Made by a program: the position numbers and the translations under genes. From NCBI RefSeq assembly GCF_006345805.1, contig NC_043002.1, positions 79,422,001 through 79,486,000 of the forward strand: a DNA stretch of 64,000 nucleotides. Direction: 5' to 3'. Below are positions 52,578 through 64,000 of the stretch, one piece after another (positions within the stretch are counted from its first letter, which is position 1; each line of letters begins with the position of its first letter). This DNA is from Octopus sinensis. Taxonomy: Eukaryota. The notes under the pieces are model-generated. The model saw only the letters and a list, made by a program, of their open reading frames with translations. It searched no databases and had not been told where the DNA came from.

Positions 52578-52646
52578 CACTACGATCGTTTCATGGCTGT
52601 CCAATTCGTAATAATTCGAGTTATGGTTACAGTCAATCTTCAGGTA
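52578..52646 (-). ncRNA. Type I HHR-like motif with long stem II
   Basis: tac-CTGAAGA-TTGACTGT...ACAGCCAT-GAA-ACGATCGT-A-GTG. Confidence 0.6.
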
Positions 52647-53582
52647 ATTGAAATATTTATCTTAGCGAGGTTTAGTATGTATGTACGTACGTACGTATGT
52701 ATGTATGTATGTATGTATGTATGTATGTATGTATGTATGTATGTATGTATGTATGTATGTATGTATGTATGTATGTAGGTCGAGTCAGTTTCCTGATACT
52801 CTCAGATTGAAATATGGGCTAAAATGGTTTTCAGGCAATTTAGCCGTAATTTGTCTGATAACCCTGTGCACCCAGAGGCGAAACTCAGCATAGCAAGTCG
52901 ACTCAAGTAAAAGTATTTAATCTCTACTATAGTATCGAGTACTCATTCTTCCAATATTTAGCATATATATATACATGAACATATATATGTGAGCATATGC
53001 GCATGTGACGGAGAAAGTGGGAGAAGAGAGAGAGCAGGTGTTCGAAGCCATATTGAATGTTCAGCTGACGAGTGAGGAAGCGAGGCTTTTTGTGTTTGTC
53101 ATTTATATCGTATTTTGTTTCATTGAACTTTGTCTACATGTGTAAATCATGTTTCTGCCCGTCTTTTCCTGCAGATTCTCGTCGAAAAACATTTCTTGTT
53201 TTCAATCTTCCCACCAAATTAATGTACATTTTTATTTCCGCCCCCGATTTGTTTGTTTTACTATGTTCTTGCCTGGTTTCCTCTATGTCTTTTTTCTTAT
53301 TTCCTTCCTACGGCATGTCCTCGCCTCCACACGCTCATCTATCTACCTGTCTGCATGACTGTTTGTATGTATGTCTGCCTCAGTGTGTGTGTTTGTGCAT
53401 TCACACACACACACACCACACGCACACAGATATGTATTATATATATATATATATATAATATATATATTATATATAATATATTAACGGAAGCTTTTATGAA
53501 AATAAACAAAAGACGAAGGCAGGTGGAAAAAAAAACGAACATTGTATTAGTATGGCGCTCAGGAAATATAAATAAAACAAGT

Positions 53583-53616
53583 CTTTAACGTTTCGAGCCC
53601 GCTCTTCAACAGAAAG
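53583..53616 (-). ncRNA. Minimal HHR motif, A6U variant
   Basis: CTTT-CTGTTGA-A-GAGC-GG-GCTC-GAAACGTT-AAAG. Confidence 0.72.
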
Positions 53617-53799
53617 ATACAGAGAGAGAGAAAAACACAGAAAGAAGGAGAGAAAAAAAAATGCGTGCAGTAGCTAACGAATCAACATGGCGATCTGATT
53701 TCGGCCAGAGGTCAAAGATCAAACATGAGACGCGAGAGCGAAATAAGGGGAGATAATAGGTTGATAAAAGGGTTGAGGGACCAGCTAAAAGTGCGTGGG

Positions 53800-54110
53800 A
53801 GGGGTCTGGATGTGTGTATGTATAGGGTTGGTGTATGTATTAGTATGTTATAGGGTGTGTGTGTGTGTGTGTGTGTGTGTATGAGAGAGTATTAGTGCGT
53901 AGGATTGGTCTGGACGTGCGTATGTATGGGGTTGGTGTATGTATTAGTATGTATTAGTATGTATTACGTATTTTGGTATGTGGTGTGTGTGTGTGTGAGA
54001 GAGTATAAGTGCGTATGCGGGGTCTGGACGTGTGTATGTATAGGGTTGGTGTAAGTATTAGTATGTACTAGTATGTATTAGTACGTATTAGTATGTATTA
54101 GTTGGTGTGT
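53800..54110. repeat. Three approximately 105-115-bp tandem units in the PLE 3' UTR
   Basis: ggtctggaygtgygtatgtatrgggttggtgta.gtattagtatg at about 53803, 53907 and 54020. Confidence 0.85.
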
Positions 54111-54449
54111 GTATTAGTATGGCACATCATATGTGATGTGATGTGTAAGTCATGTGGTGTGGTGAGGAGAATAGGGGGAGGGGGAGGGGAGGAAGAAGAG
54201 GGGGAGAGAAGGGGAGGGGAAAGAAGAGGGGGAGGAGAAGGGGAGGAAGAGGAGAGGATGGGGGAGAAGGAAGGGGAGAGAAGGGGAGAGAGGGAGCAGA
54301 GGGAAGGGGAAGAGGGAGGGAGAAAGAGGGAAGAAAGGAGGGGAGTAGGGGTGAAAGGATGAAGGACTGAAGAAGTAGGGGTCGGGGGAGAAAGGATAGG
54401 TGAGGAGGGGGGAGGGGGGGAGAGGGGGTTAGATGAGGAGGGGGGAGAG

Positions 54450-55749
54450 TTGAGACCAAATGGCGTATAAGAGCGAAGAGAGAAGATTAATCCTGTTCAC
54501 GGCGCAAACGGGAATCCGGATGGCCTCTGTGTAAGGACAAACCGAACACAGATAGGTGTTGCAAGGAGTGACCGGTGGAGCGGAAATGGCGTGAGACCGG
54601 TGTGTCGTTCGCAAGGTGGATGTCACGAAGGTGTTCCGCGAACCGGTCAGCCAAGCGGCGTCCCGTTTGTCCGATGTACAAGGAATTGCAGAGAGAGCAA
54701 GAGATGCAATAGATAATATTGCTGGAGGTGCAGGTGAAGGAGTGGATGATGGGATAGGGTCGATGGTGGGTGCTAGTGAGGCGGGTGGTGTTGGAGAGGT
54801 AAGGGCAAGTGCGGCAACGTGGGCGGGAGCAGGGGAACGAGCCGGGTTGGGAGGTAGGGTCAGGGAAGGAGCTATAGACCAAAAGGTCTCGAAGGTTGTG
54901 GGCTCGTTTGAAAGAGGGGAGGGGTCGGTTAGGGAAGAGGTGTGAAGTGGACGGGTCGGACTGGAGATGACGGAAAGCTCGAAGAATGGTGCGCTGGAGA
55001 CGTAGGTCGGGGGGGTAAGTGAGGGGAAAAGGGAGGCGGGAGACTACAGGGCGGGTTCGGGGAGAGAGAGCAGATACACGGTCCACGGACCGTGCTCTGG
55101 CAAGGGCGGTGTGGATAGTGGTGAGGGGGTATCCACGTAGGGTGAAGTGGTGAGCCATACGTTGAGACTGAGTCTCAAAGTCATGGTCGTCACTACAGAG
55201 CCTACGTAGACGGAGGAATTGGGAATAGGGGATGGAAAGCTTGGTGTGTTCTGGGTGGGAGGAAGAGAAGTTGAGGTATGAGTGTGAGTCTGTGTGTTTG
55301 TAGTGAATGGAGGTGGTAAGAGTGGAGTGAAGAATGCTAACCGAAATGTCGGAAGGAGAGAGGTGTTGGAGATAGTGGAAGTGAAGTGGAGGGCTGGATG
55401 GAAAGATTGGACGAAAGAGAGGAAGGAATCTAGATGTTCGCGGGAGAGTGAGGTGGCACCGATAATGTCGTCAATATAACGACCATATAGTTCAGGAGTG
55501 GGACCAGTGAAATTAGAGAATATTTGGCCTCAACATAGCCAACGAACAGGTTCGCATAGTTGGGGCCCATTCGCGTTCCCATGGCCACTCCCGAGACCTG
55601 ATGGTAGAACTCGCCCGCGAACGAGAAGCAGTTCAGAGTAAGGACAAGTTCGGCCAGACGAATGAGTGTGGAGGTGTCAGGTACAGGGTTAGAGCGGAGG
55701 TCAAGAAAGTGTAGAAGGGCCTGCAGTCCTTCGTGGTGAGGGATAACAG

Positions 55750-55750
<1 letters not shown>
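54450..55750 (-). pseudogene. Penelope RT (C-terminal half) plus GIY-YIG endonuclease
   Basis: ORF 54487-55158 plus upstream frames; about three small frameshifts. Confidence 0.93.
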
Positions 55751-55799
<49 letters not shown>

Positions 55800-55800
<1 letters not shown>

Positions 55801-56885
55801 ACAGATATGACAGAAGTAAATAGACACCCCATAAAACATCATTTTATATTTATTATAACTTGTAAAAGTTTATACTTTTTATTAATTGCCATTTTTATAT
55901 TTCAGGTTATATATGTGACTGTTTAGTCATGCCATATACAAAAGAAGCTTTGGAACTGTCTGAATTTCAAAGAGGCTGTATTGTGGGTTAATTCTGAAGG
56001 TGGTCATAGCGTAAAAGCGAAGAAAATCTTGTGATCCTACTTTCTACAGTTAATAGTGTGGTTGTGCAATTCACCAGGGAGGGGAAGGAGTTCACATCAC
56101 CTCGCCCAGATCAACCAGGACCCTCTGACAGAACCCTTCTCTTTGCGAAGAGAACTGTGGAGGATAATCCTCGTTCCAACGCCTCTGACATAGCAGAACA
56201 AGTTGATGTCAGTCCCAGAACAGCTGTCCGGTATCTCTGGTGAGTATAGATTTGCTGTATTTCCTGACAGTGGTCGAGTGTGGGTCTGGAGATTCTGTGA
56301 TCAAGAATTTGAAGTGAAAAAATTGCAGCCAACAATGAAACACGACAATTATTCTGTGATGGTTTGGGGAGTAATTTGGAGTAGTGGTTGATCAGAGCTG
56401 GTAGAGTGTGAGGGAAACATAAACTCAGATAAATATGTGTCCATATTGCAGAAAGGACTCCTTCCAATCTTCTCCGATGGAAGATGAGGCTCCTTGTCAC
56501 ACGGCTAAAATGAACCAAGATTTGTTGGATGAGAATGGCATCTATAAGCTTCCATGGCCAGACCAGTCACCAGATATGAACCCCATTGAACACCACTGGG
56601 ACATAATGAAGAGGACACTTCATAAAACGAACTAGAAAGCATCTTCAACTCCAAATCTTTTTGAGATTACTGCATGAAGCTTGACAAGAAATTCCGGAAA
56701 AGAATATTCCTCATCTGATCTGTAACATGTTAATAGGGCCCTTGCATTGAAAAATGCAAAGAGCATGACTACTAAATATTAAATGTTCACATTATAACAA
56801 CTAACAAATAATTTGAATATATAATTTCACATTTAAATAAATTTTAATGATTATAAGGTTATCTATTTTCTCCTGTCATTCTGTG
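55800..56885 (+). mobile_element. Tc1-like transposon, internally deleted
   Basis: TIRs cacagatatgacagaagtaaatagacacc / ggttatctattttctcctgtcattctgtg with TA flanks; SVMVWG, EDEAPCHTA, WPDQSPDMNPIEHHW (DD34E type). Confidence 0.9.
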
Positions 56886-57712
56886 TATGTATGTATATTA
56901 TACACATGCACATACACCTCATAAAAAAACCACAGCTATATGTTAATGTTCGATTGGTCAAAAGTCACATAACAAATACACACACACATCTTATGAAGAA
57001 GTTATTATCTTCCTTCTGATATGTGACACAATTAGGAAAACCATATGTATTTTAAAAGCTTGGGCAGTGATTTCATGAAATCTATCTATATTATTGGCGA
57101 AACCAAGGTGTTATATCTATGAATCGATGTCAGATCCATAAATCGGTGATTCACGTGATTGACATACCTGCTTGAAAGAAATATCTACACCTGAAAGAAT
57201 ATCGGAAATTTGGCTGGTGAATTCCAAGTTAAAACTGAAGTTATTGACAAATACAGGAGATTTTCACCATGTAAAATTCCCCGGAAATCCTTATTCTGAA
57301 TATAAACACCAAGAAGTATCTCTCTTTTCTCTCGATTCCTAAATTACTAACGCTCTATGAAGAAAAAAAAAATATTCCATGAGTACCATTGAGGCTATTA
57401 TTATTTACATGTTTCATGAAATTTCTCACTTCATATAATGTTTAATTAATGAGCGACATGATATATCATGCTGAAGATTTCTAAAATGACTGAAATAGTA
57501 CTATCTATAATAACTTCGTAATAAGTAAACAAAAGATGAAAATACCATACGTCTTCTTCATCATAATTCCTTAATCTCAAATTCAAAATTAAAATCCCTA
57601 CCAAGATAATCTTGGATAAAATGATGACAAACCTTGTAAAAGTCGCGACCAGAAGGGGAACTACACGTACATATGTGAATGAGTGTGAATGTGTATATGT
57701 ATATATATATAT

Positions 57713-57758
<46 letters not shown>

Positions 57759-57760
57759 TG

Positions 57761-57860
57761 NNNNNNNNNNNNNNNNNNNNNNNNNNNNNNNNNNNNNNNN
57801 NNNNNNNNNNNNNNNNNNNNNNNNNNNNNNNNNNNNNNNNNNNNNNNNNNNNNNNNNNNN
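57761..57860. other. Assembly gap (100 N)
   Basis: N run. Confidence 1.
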
Positions 57861-58017
57861 ATCAATTAGTTAGGACTAGTTGCAATAAGCAATACAAAAA
57901 AAATTTTCGAGAATGTCGCCCACTGTTATATGTCAGGAGGAAGAGGGAGGAGGGCAGAAGAATAAGAGAAAATGAGGTTGATACGATGTATATAAAACAT
58001 TTCACACATATTTGTAT

Positions 58018-58410
58018 ACAGGGCTGTGTGGTAAGTAGCTGCTAACAACACATGGGTTCCGGGTTCAGTCCCACTGCGTGGCATCTTGGGCAAGTTGTCT
58101 TCTGCTATAGCCCCGGGCCGACCCAATGCCTTGTGAGTGGATTTGGTAGACGGAAACTGAAAGAAGCCTGTCGTATATATGTATATATATATGTATGTGT
58201 GTGTATTTGTGTGTCTGTGTTTGTTCCACTAGCATTGCTTGACAACCGATGCTGGTGTGTTTACGTCCCCGTCACTAGCGGTTCGGCAAAAAGAGGCCGA
58301 TAGAATAAGTACTGGGCTTACAAAAAGAATAAGTCCCGGGGTCGAGTTGCTCGACTAAAGGCGGTGCTCCAGCATGGCCGCAGTCAAATGACTGAAACAA
58401 GTAAAGAATA
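58018..58410 (+). mobile_element. SINE family B, full length
   Basis: Homology to other B copies. Confidence 0.92.
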
Positions 58411-58434
58411 TAAACACATACATGTATAGATAAG

Positions 58435-58545
58435 ATATGTTTGTGTTTATGAGCGAAACACCTAAGCTCCACGCAGCTCCGGCAGAAGGTAATGGCGAAC
58501 TTTTGCTGACTCTTTCGCACCAACTTTCTCTCACTCTTTCCTCAC
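58435..58545 (+). mobile_element. SINE family A body fragment
   Basis: gtgtttatgagcgaaacacctaagctccacg..ctccggc...aactttctctcactctttc. Confidence 0.75.
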
Positions 58546-59357
58546 CTGCGACGGATCGCCATCCCGTCCATGTGGGATACCTATACGCCAAGGAAACCGG
58601 GAAACCAGCCCAACTCAACCACATATTTACAAACACCGGGAACTCTCTTAACTAAAAAACGTCTTGTCGCTTTCCTAGCAACAGACTTGAACTCACTTAA
58701 GAAGAATTTAAAGAAAAGTCAAAGAAAAATCATGCATACATATGTACATGTACACGCACACATATACACACATTGTTTTTTAATGCAGTATTGGTACATT
58801 TTCGATATCTGAAGTCTCTTGCTGACAGAAATAACCCTTTTTCCATCATAATTCATAAACGGAAATGACAGTTTGGCGCGCCCGCGCACACACAAATACG
58901 CACAAACACAGACAAAAATTTGCAATGTAATATATATGGATTCATGGAATCGTGTGGCCTTCACAGAAATCTTCTCTAACGGATTTGGCTAACAGACCAC
59001 ACAATAATCCAACACAGAAGAGGATAATACAGTGTCCATGTAGCCGAAATCCAATCGATGAAATTTATTTCATGAGGAGTATATAAAATATACAAGGCAA
59101 GAAATATGAGCGGTGAATATATTTATTTAACCACACAATATACTTAGGATCACGGCCATTTCGTAGCCCTCTTCAAGTAATTATAATGAAATTGTACATT
59201 CACAAATCAATGCAAATAAAGCTAGCTAGCTCATCATATCACTAGATTGTCATGTTTTCACCAACGATTCAACTGACAGTTTCACAAACTCTTAAACCTT
59301 CGTTAATAAAAGCTTTATTATTGAAAGATAAAAGGTTGCTATATCGAACGGTGTGAA

Positions 59358-59778
59358 TACTCTTTTTTACTCTTTTACTTGTTTCAGTCATTTGACTGCG
59401 GCCATGCTGCAGCACCGCCTTTAGTCGAGCAAATCGACCCCAAGACTTATTCTTTGTAAGCCGAGTACTTATTCTAACGATCTCTTTTGACGAACCGCTA
59501 AGTGACGGGGAGGTAAACACACCAGCATCGGTTGTCAAGCGATGTTTGTGGTGGGGTGGGGGGACAAACACAGACACACCAACACACACACATATATATA
59601 CACATATAATATATACGACGGGCTTCTTTCAGTTTCAGTCTAACAAATCCACTCACAAGGCTTTCGTTGGCCGGTGGCTATAGTAGAAGACACTTGCCCA
59701 AGTTACCACGCAATGGGACTGAACCCGGCACCATGTGGTTGTTAAGCAAGCTACTTACCACACAGCCACTCCTGCGTC
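59358..59778 (-). mobile_element. SINE family B, full length
   Basis: Homology to other B copies. Confidence 0.92.
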
Positions 59779-59949
59779 TATAGAAGTACAGTTTTTGTTT
59801 TCTTTTATAGTGCGAAATCATTGGAGTACGCCTATAGGTTTCTGACGTAACTTTAAGGAAGGAAATACTTTTAATTTTGCTAGCTATATCTTACTCTGGC
59901 TAAGCTGGATTAATTAATCTATGCATAGTACTAATCTCAAAGTCTGTAA

Positions 59950-60345
59950 AGACAGACGAAAAACTGCTACGTATTTCGCCAGGCGTGCTAACGTTTCTTA
60001 TTTCTTCACTGCCCACAAGGGGCTAAACACAGAGAGGACAAACAAGGACAGACAAACAGATTAAGTCGATTATATCGCTAAGTAACTCGGACGTAAACAC
60101 ACCACCATCGGTTGTCAAGCAATGATGGGGGTACAAACACAGATATATAAACACACACACACACTTATATATGTATATATATATATATACGACAGGCTTC
60201 TTTCAGTTCTCATCTACCAAATCCACTGACAAGGATTTGGTCGGCCCGAGGTTATGGTAGAAATCACTTACCTAACGTGCCACGCAGTGGGACTGAACCC
60301 GGGACATGTGGTTGGTAAGCAAGCAACTTACCACACAGCCACTCC
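59950..60345 (-). mobile_element. Cluster of SINE C fragments (59950-60077) and partial SINE B (60078-60345)
   Basis: Homology to in-window copies. Confidence 0.8.
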
Positions 60346-60392
60346 GATATATATATATATATATATATACATACATATATATATTATATATA

Positions 60393-60437
<45 letters not shown>

Positions 60438-61094
60438 CTGGATATTCATATATATGCAATTATGTGTGTGTACACATACACACTCACACACACACATACA
60501 TACACCAGGTTGATGCATGTAGATAAGTGTGGACAAGAGAAAGAGAAATATTAGAAGCTAAAAGATTTCATATATTGTCGCTCTGTTCCAAATCCACTTA
60601 AGGCATTGAATACATATTTCACCTCCATCAAGTTTAGAATATTTTTCAAAATATTTTCTTGGTCTCTTTATACATCTGATCCTATCATTAATTTTTGAAT
60701 AAATAAACGTTCACAAATTCTAAAGTACTGGATCTACATCCACCAGACCAGAAACATTATTGGCAGATCCGTGACGCTTTAATCGTTATGTTTACGTGGT
60801 GTGTATAGACTTGGGATGTTTTGTTCAGTACGTTCCGCCAGGGCAGATTATTTCTTGGTTACTGCTGGTCTTATTGTGGGATTTCTGCATCGTGAGTAAA
60901 ATATGCACCGTTTGGGTATCCTGTAGATACATTCTCAAATCAAGGAGAGTAGTCAGTTGCAATTTTTATTCTACTGTGAATGGAATTTGGCGTGTGTTGT
61001 ATAATAAAGTATTCTTCTTTCTTCCGACTCCTGGTATGAACAGTTAAGTATCATATCGGTAGTACAGTGTTATAGTAAGACTAAGTGTGGATTA

Positions 61095-61330
61095 AATCTT
61101 TTGTTCTACGTTGTCCATATATTACATTAAATGACCATAAGACTTGTTTTGCTAACAATTTTAAATGCAGATTGATAAACCAATCAAAAACAGAGTTAGG
61201 AAATAGAATCAGCAAACAGATCTTGGGTACCTTCCTGCTTGGAACCAAAACTGCCGAGCACCTTCAATTTTAGAGAAATAGTCATTCGGTCATAACATGG
61301 TATTATGTCAAGACTATTGAAAAGGTTGCA
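61095..61330 (+). mobile_element. Penelope-like RT fragment (different lineage)
   Basis: PYITLNDHKTCFANNFKCRLINQSKTELGNRISKQIL, resembling the recalled PLE motif TLKDHK..F...CRLINP.K.E.G.ISK.IL. Confidence 0.55.
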
Positions 61331-62014
61331 AGACGCAACGAAAATTTGAGGAGAATAAAAATAAGAAATAAGTGGAAATTTTACCGGTGAGTGTGTTACA
61401 TTATAAGGCAAAAAAAGAAAATGACTCTCCCCAGACACAACAGAATATGCTTCAACATACGAAGTCATATAAACAATCTTGCAAACCAAATCCCAAAACG
61501 AAATGGTATTAGAAGATTTCCAGATAAATTAAATTGTAGATCCGCTTAAATCTCTCCAACGGTATTTTAGTCATTGGTTACAAGTGACTCCTATACAAGT
61601 CATTGATGGTTGTTACTAATATCGCATAAAACGATTCACAACTGGTCTGATGGTTATGAATATGAAAATCCGAACAATCAGGTGTGAGGTTCCATTTGTT
61701 GCAATCACAAATGATATATTTTGGTATTGAGTACATTTGTTTTACCTTTCTGAGTGTACATACTTACTAAAATCATATACATACACATGCGTATTTCTCT
61801 GGTTACATATTTATGCTTGTTTACAAGTAAAATATAGCTTTGAGCAGGTCGCTTATGATTTATGCTGGTAACATGTAGTCCAGAATAATATTTTTGCAGA
61901 GTCGAGTCGTCGGCATCTAAATCGGCTCTCCCGTCATGTTTATATGGGGTGAATACCTAGTAGAACAAAGATACCTAGTAGATACCTAGTAGAACAAAAA
62001 AAAAAGATGTATAA

Positions 62015-62151
62015 TTGTGTAGTTAAGAAACTCACTTTTCACGTTCAGTTGCATTGCGTGGCATCTTTGGAAAGTGCCGACTACAATAGTTCAGGGCTGA
62101 CCGATGCTTTCTGAGTAAATTTCGTAAACAGAAACTATAAGAAGTCCGTCG

Positions 62152-62155
<4 letters not shown>
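62015..62155 (+). mobile_element. Diverged SINE family B 5' half
   Basis: ttcagttgcattgcgtggcatc...aaacagaaactataagaagtccgtcg. Confidence 0.65.
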
Positions 62156-62182
<27 letters not shown>

Positions 62183-62599
62183 ATGTCTTTTTCAACACCA
62201 ACAGGAACCTTTCTGACATATTTTTTGGTGCAGCAGTACCGTTCCAGATGTGAGAGCAATATGCCATTATGCGTTACAAAATCGGCTTTTAAAATGTAAA
62301 TAATTGTTAACGTCGAAGCATCGCCTGGACTTGAAGAGAAGGGACAAATGCAGGGATGAGTTACTAGTTCTGTTAAGGGAGTACTTCCATTGGTGAATCT
62401 CAAAATTTGGAGCGGATGTTCTGGGCTCTAGTTTAGAGCTGCTAATCACTGAATGCTGGAAACGTCACGTGATGATGCTTGCTTGATATGAATAAAGACT
62501 TTTTTTTTTTTGGTGTTGAAAAAGACAAGATGGCATATCTTCCTTACAGCAGGATATGCTAAAACAACTGAATTAACACTGACAGAAGTTTTGTCCGTA

Positions 62600-62639
62600 T
62601 GTAAGTCTGTCTATCTATCTATCTATCTATCTATCTATA

Positions 62640-62704
<65 letters not shown>

Positions 62705-62722
62705 GTATATCTATTTATCTAA

Positions 62723-62789
<67 letters not shown>

Positions 62790-63203
62790 CCTATCTATCT
62801 ATCTATTTATCTATCAATCAATCAATCTATCTATCTGTCTGTCTGTCTATCTGTCTATCTGTCTGTCTATTTGTCTGTCTGTCTCTCAGTCTGTCTGTGT
62901 GTCTGTGCGTCTGTCTATCTATATTTGTATATATGTACGCACACACAGACATATATATCTGTATGTGTGTGTGTGTGTGTATCTTCCTGTAAGAATCCAT
63001 ATTGGTACATGAATGTGCATTCGTTTCGACAAACACACACAGAATCACAATCTCTTTCTCTCTCGCGCGCTCTCCCCCATCTCTCTCTTACAGACACAAA
63101 TACTTTCCATCCAGAAACATATATACGCACACGCACAAAATTCGCACTCTAGCATAGATACTCTACGTAACTATATAATCTATGTAATATTTATATACAT
63201 ACA

Positions 63204-63254
<51 letters not shown>

Positions 63255-63552
63255 GTGTTTATGTATGTATGTATGTATGTATGTATGTATGTATGTATAA
63301 ATGGTGTTTTATACACACGGCTATATGTGCATAGCCTCACAGTTAAGGCAACGTACCATACTTTACTCTTTTGCATTCTCTCATTCCATCACTTGAAGCA
63401 CTTATACTCTCACATACACTTACGCATAAAATTATTTTATATAACACATAACATTACACTATGTACGTACATGCAGATATTCCGTTAACCCCATATTCAG
63501 TCACGTATTTATGCAGAGACACAAAACTCACTGGGACGAGAACGCGCGTACC

Positions 63553-63599
<47 letters not shown>

Positions 63600-63674
63600 T
63601 TATACATACATATATACATATGTATATAGGTATATATACATATATGTATATATATGTATATGTATATATGTATA

Positions 63675-63706
<32 letters not shown>

Positions 63707-63842
63707 CGTATATATACACGCATATATATGTATACATATATATACATATAATTACATAATATGTACAAGATGTATATATACATACACAAATACATACACA
63801 CGTACACAAAGACACACACACTCTCACACATATATTTATATG

Positions 63843-63874
<32 letters not shown>

Positions 63875-64000
63875 TTGCATTTATATAAATACATAAATAT
63901 ACATATAGATATACATAGAAATACATATACATCCGCACTTACACAAAGGCACTTAAGTATATATATATATATATGCCTTGTTACAAATATATATATATTT
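62600..64000. repeat. (TATC)n/(TGTC)n/(TA)n/(TATG)n microsatellite-dominated end of window
   Basis: Direct reading, with short unique spacers. Confidence 0.9.

Larger units (their letters stand above)
53482..55750 (-). mobile_element. Penelope-like element, 5'-truncated, few lesions
   Basis: TVIPH, QVSGVAMGTRMGPNYANLF, RYIDD, YSQFLRLRRLCS, IIYCISCSLCNSLYIGQTGRRLADRFAEH, PFGLN; 3' UTR repeats; pLTR with HHR. Confidence 0.95.

Noticed and set aside
59140-59190. HHR-like TTGAAGA...GAAATGGCCGT on the minus strand
   Set aside because: Stem II is missing and the core is mismatched; too degenerate to call
60800-61050. Possible LINE RT remnant on the minus strand (STGYPNG)
   Set aside because: Single weak motif; not supportable by eye

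Overview
Eukaryotic, AT-rich, repeat-saturated genomic window with no recognisable host protein-coding gene. The SINE families and extreme microsatellite load look like an Octopus (cephalopod) intergenic or intronic region; this is an inference from recalled repeat families, not a database match. Nearly all long ORFs in the supplied track are microsatellite translation artefacts. Supportable content: (i) four tRNA-derived SINE families, here named A-D for convenience, with about 30 copies or fragments; (ii) several Penelope-like elements (RT plus GIY-YIG), one with a 117-bp inverted terminal repeat and one 5'-truncated copy with few lesions; (iii) remnants of R4/Dong-, HERO- and RTE-type non-LTR retrotransposons; (iv) a full-length mariner, a deleted mariner, a Tc1 and a hAT-type MITE, with TIRs and, in most cases, TSDs; (v) a 100-N assembly gap. 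The most interesting signal is a set of minimal type I hammerhead ribozyme (HHR) motifs read directly from the sequence. They include core variants (U3-A8, and a recurrent A6->U) and, most strikingly, an HHR embedded in a tRNA-headed SINE (family D) whose copies also show Penelope-style inverted duplications. This suggests a ribozyme-bearing SINE mobilised by Penelope-like elements.
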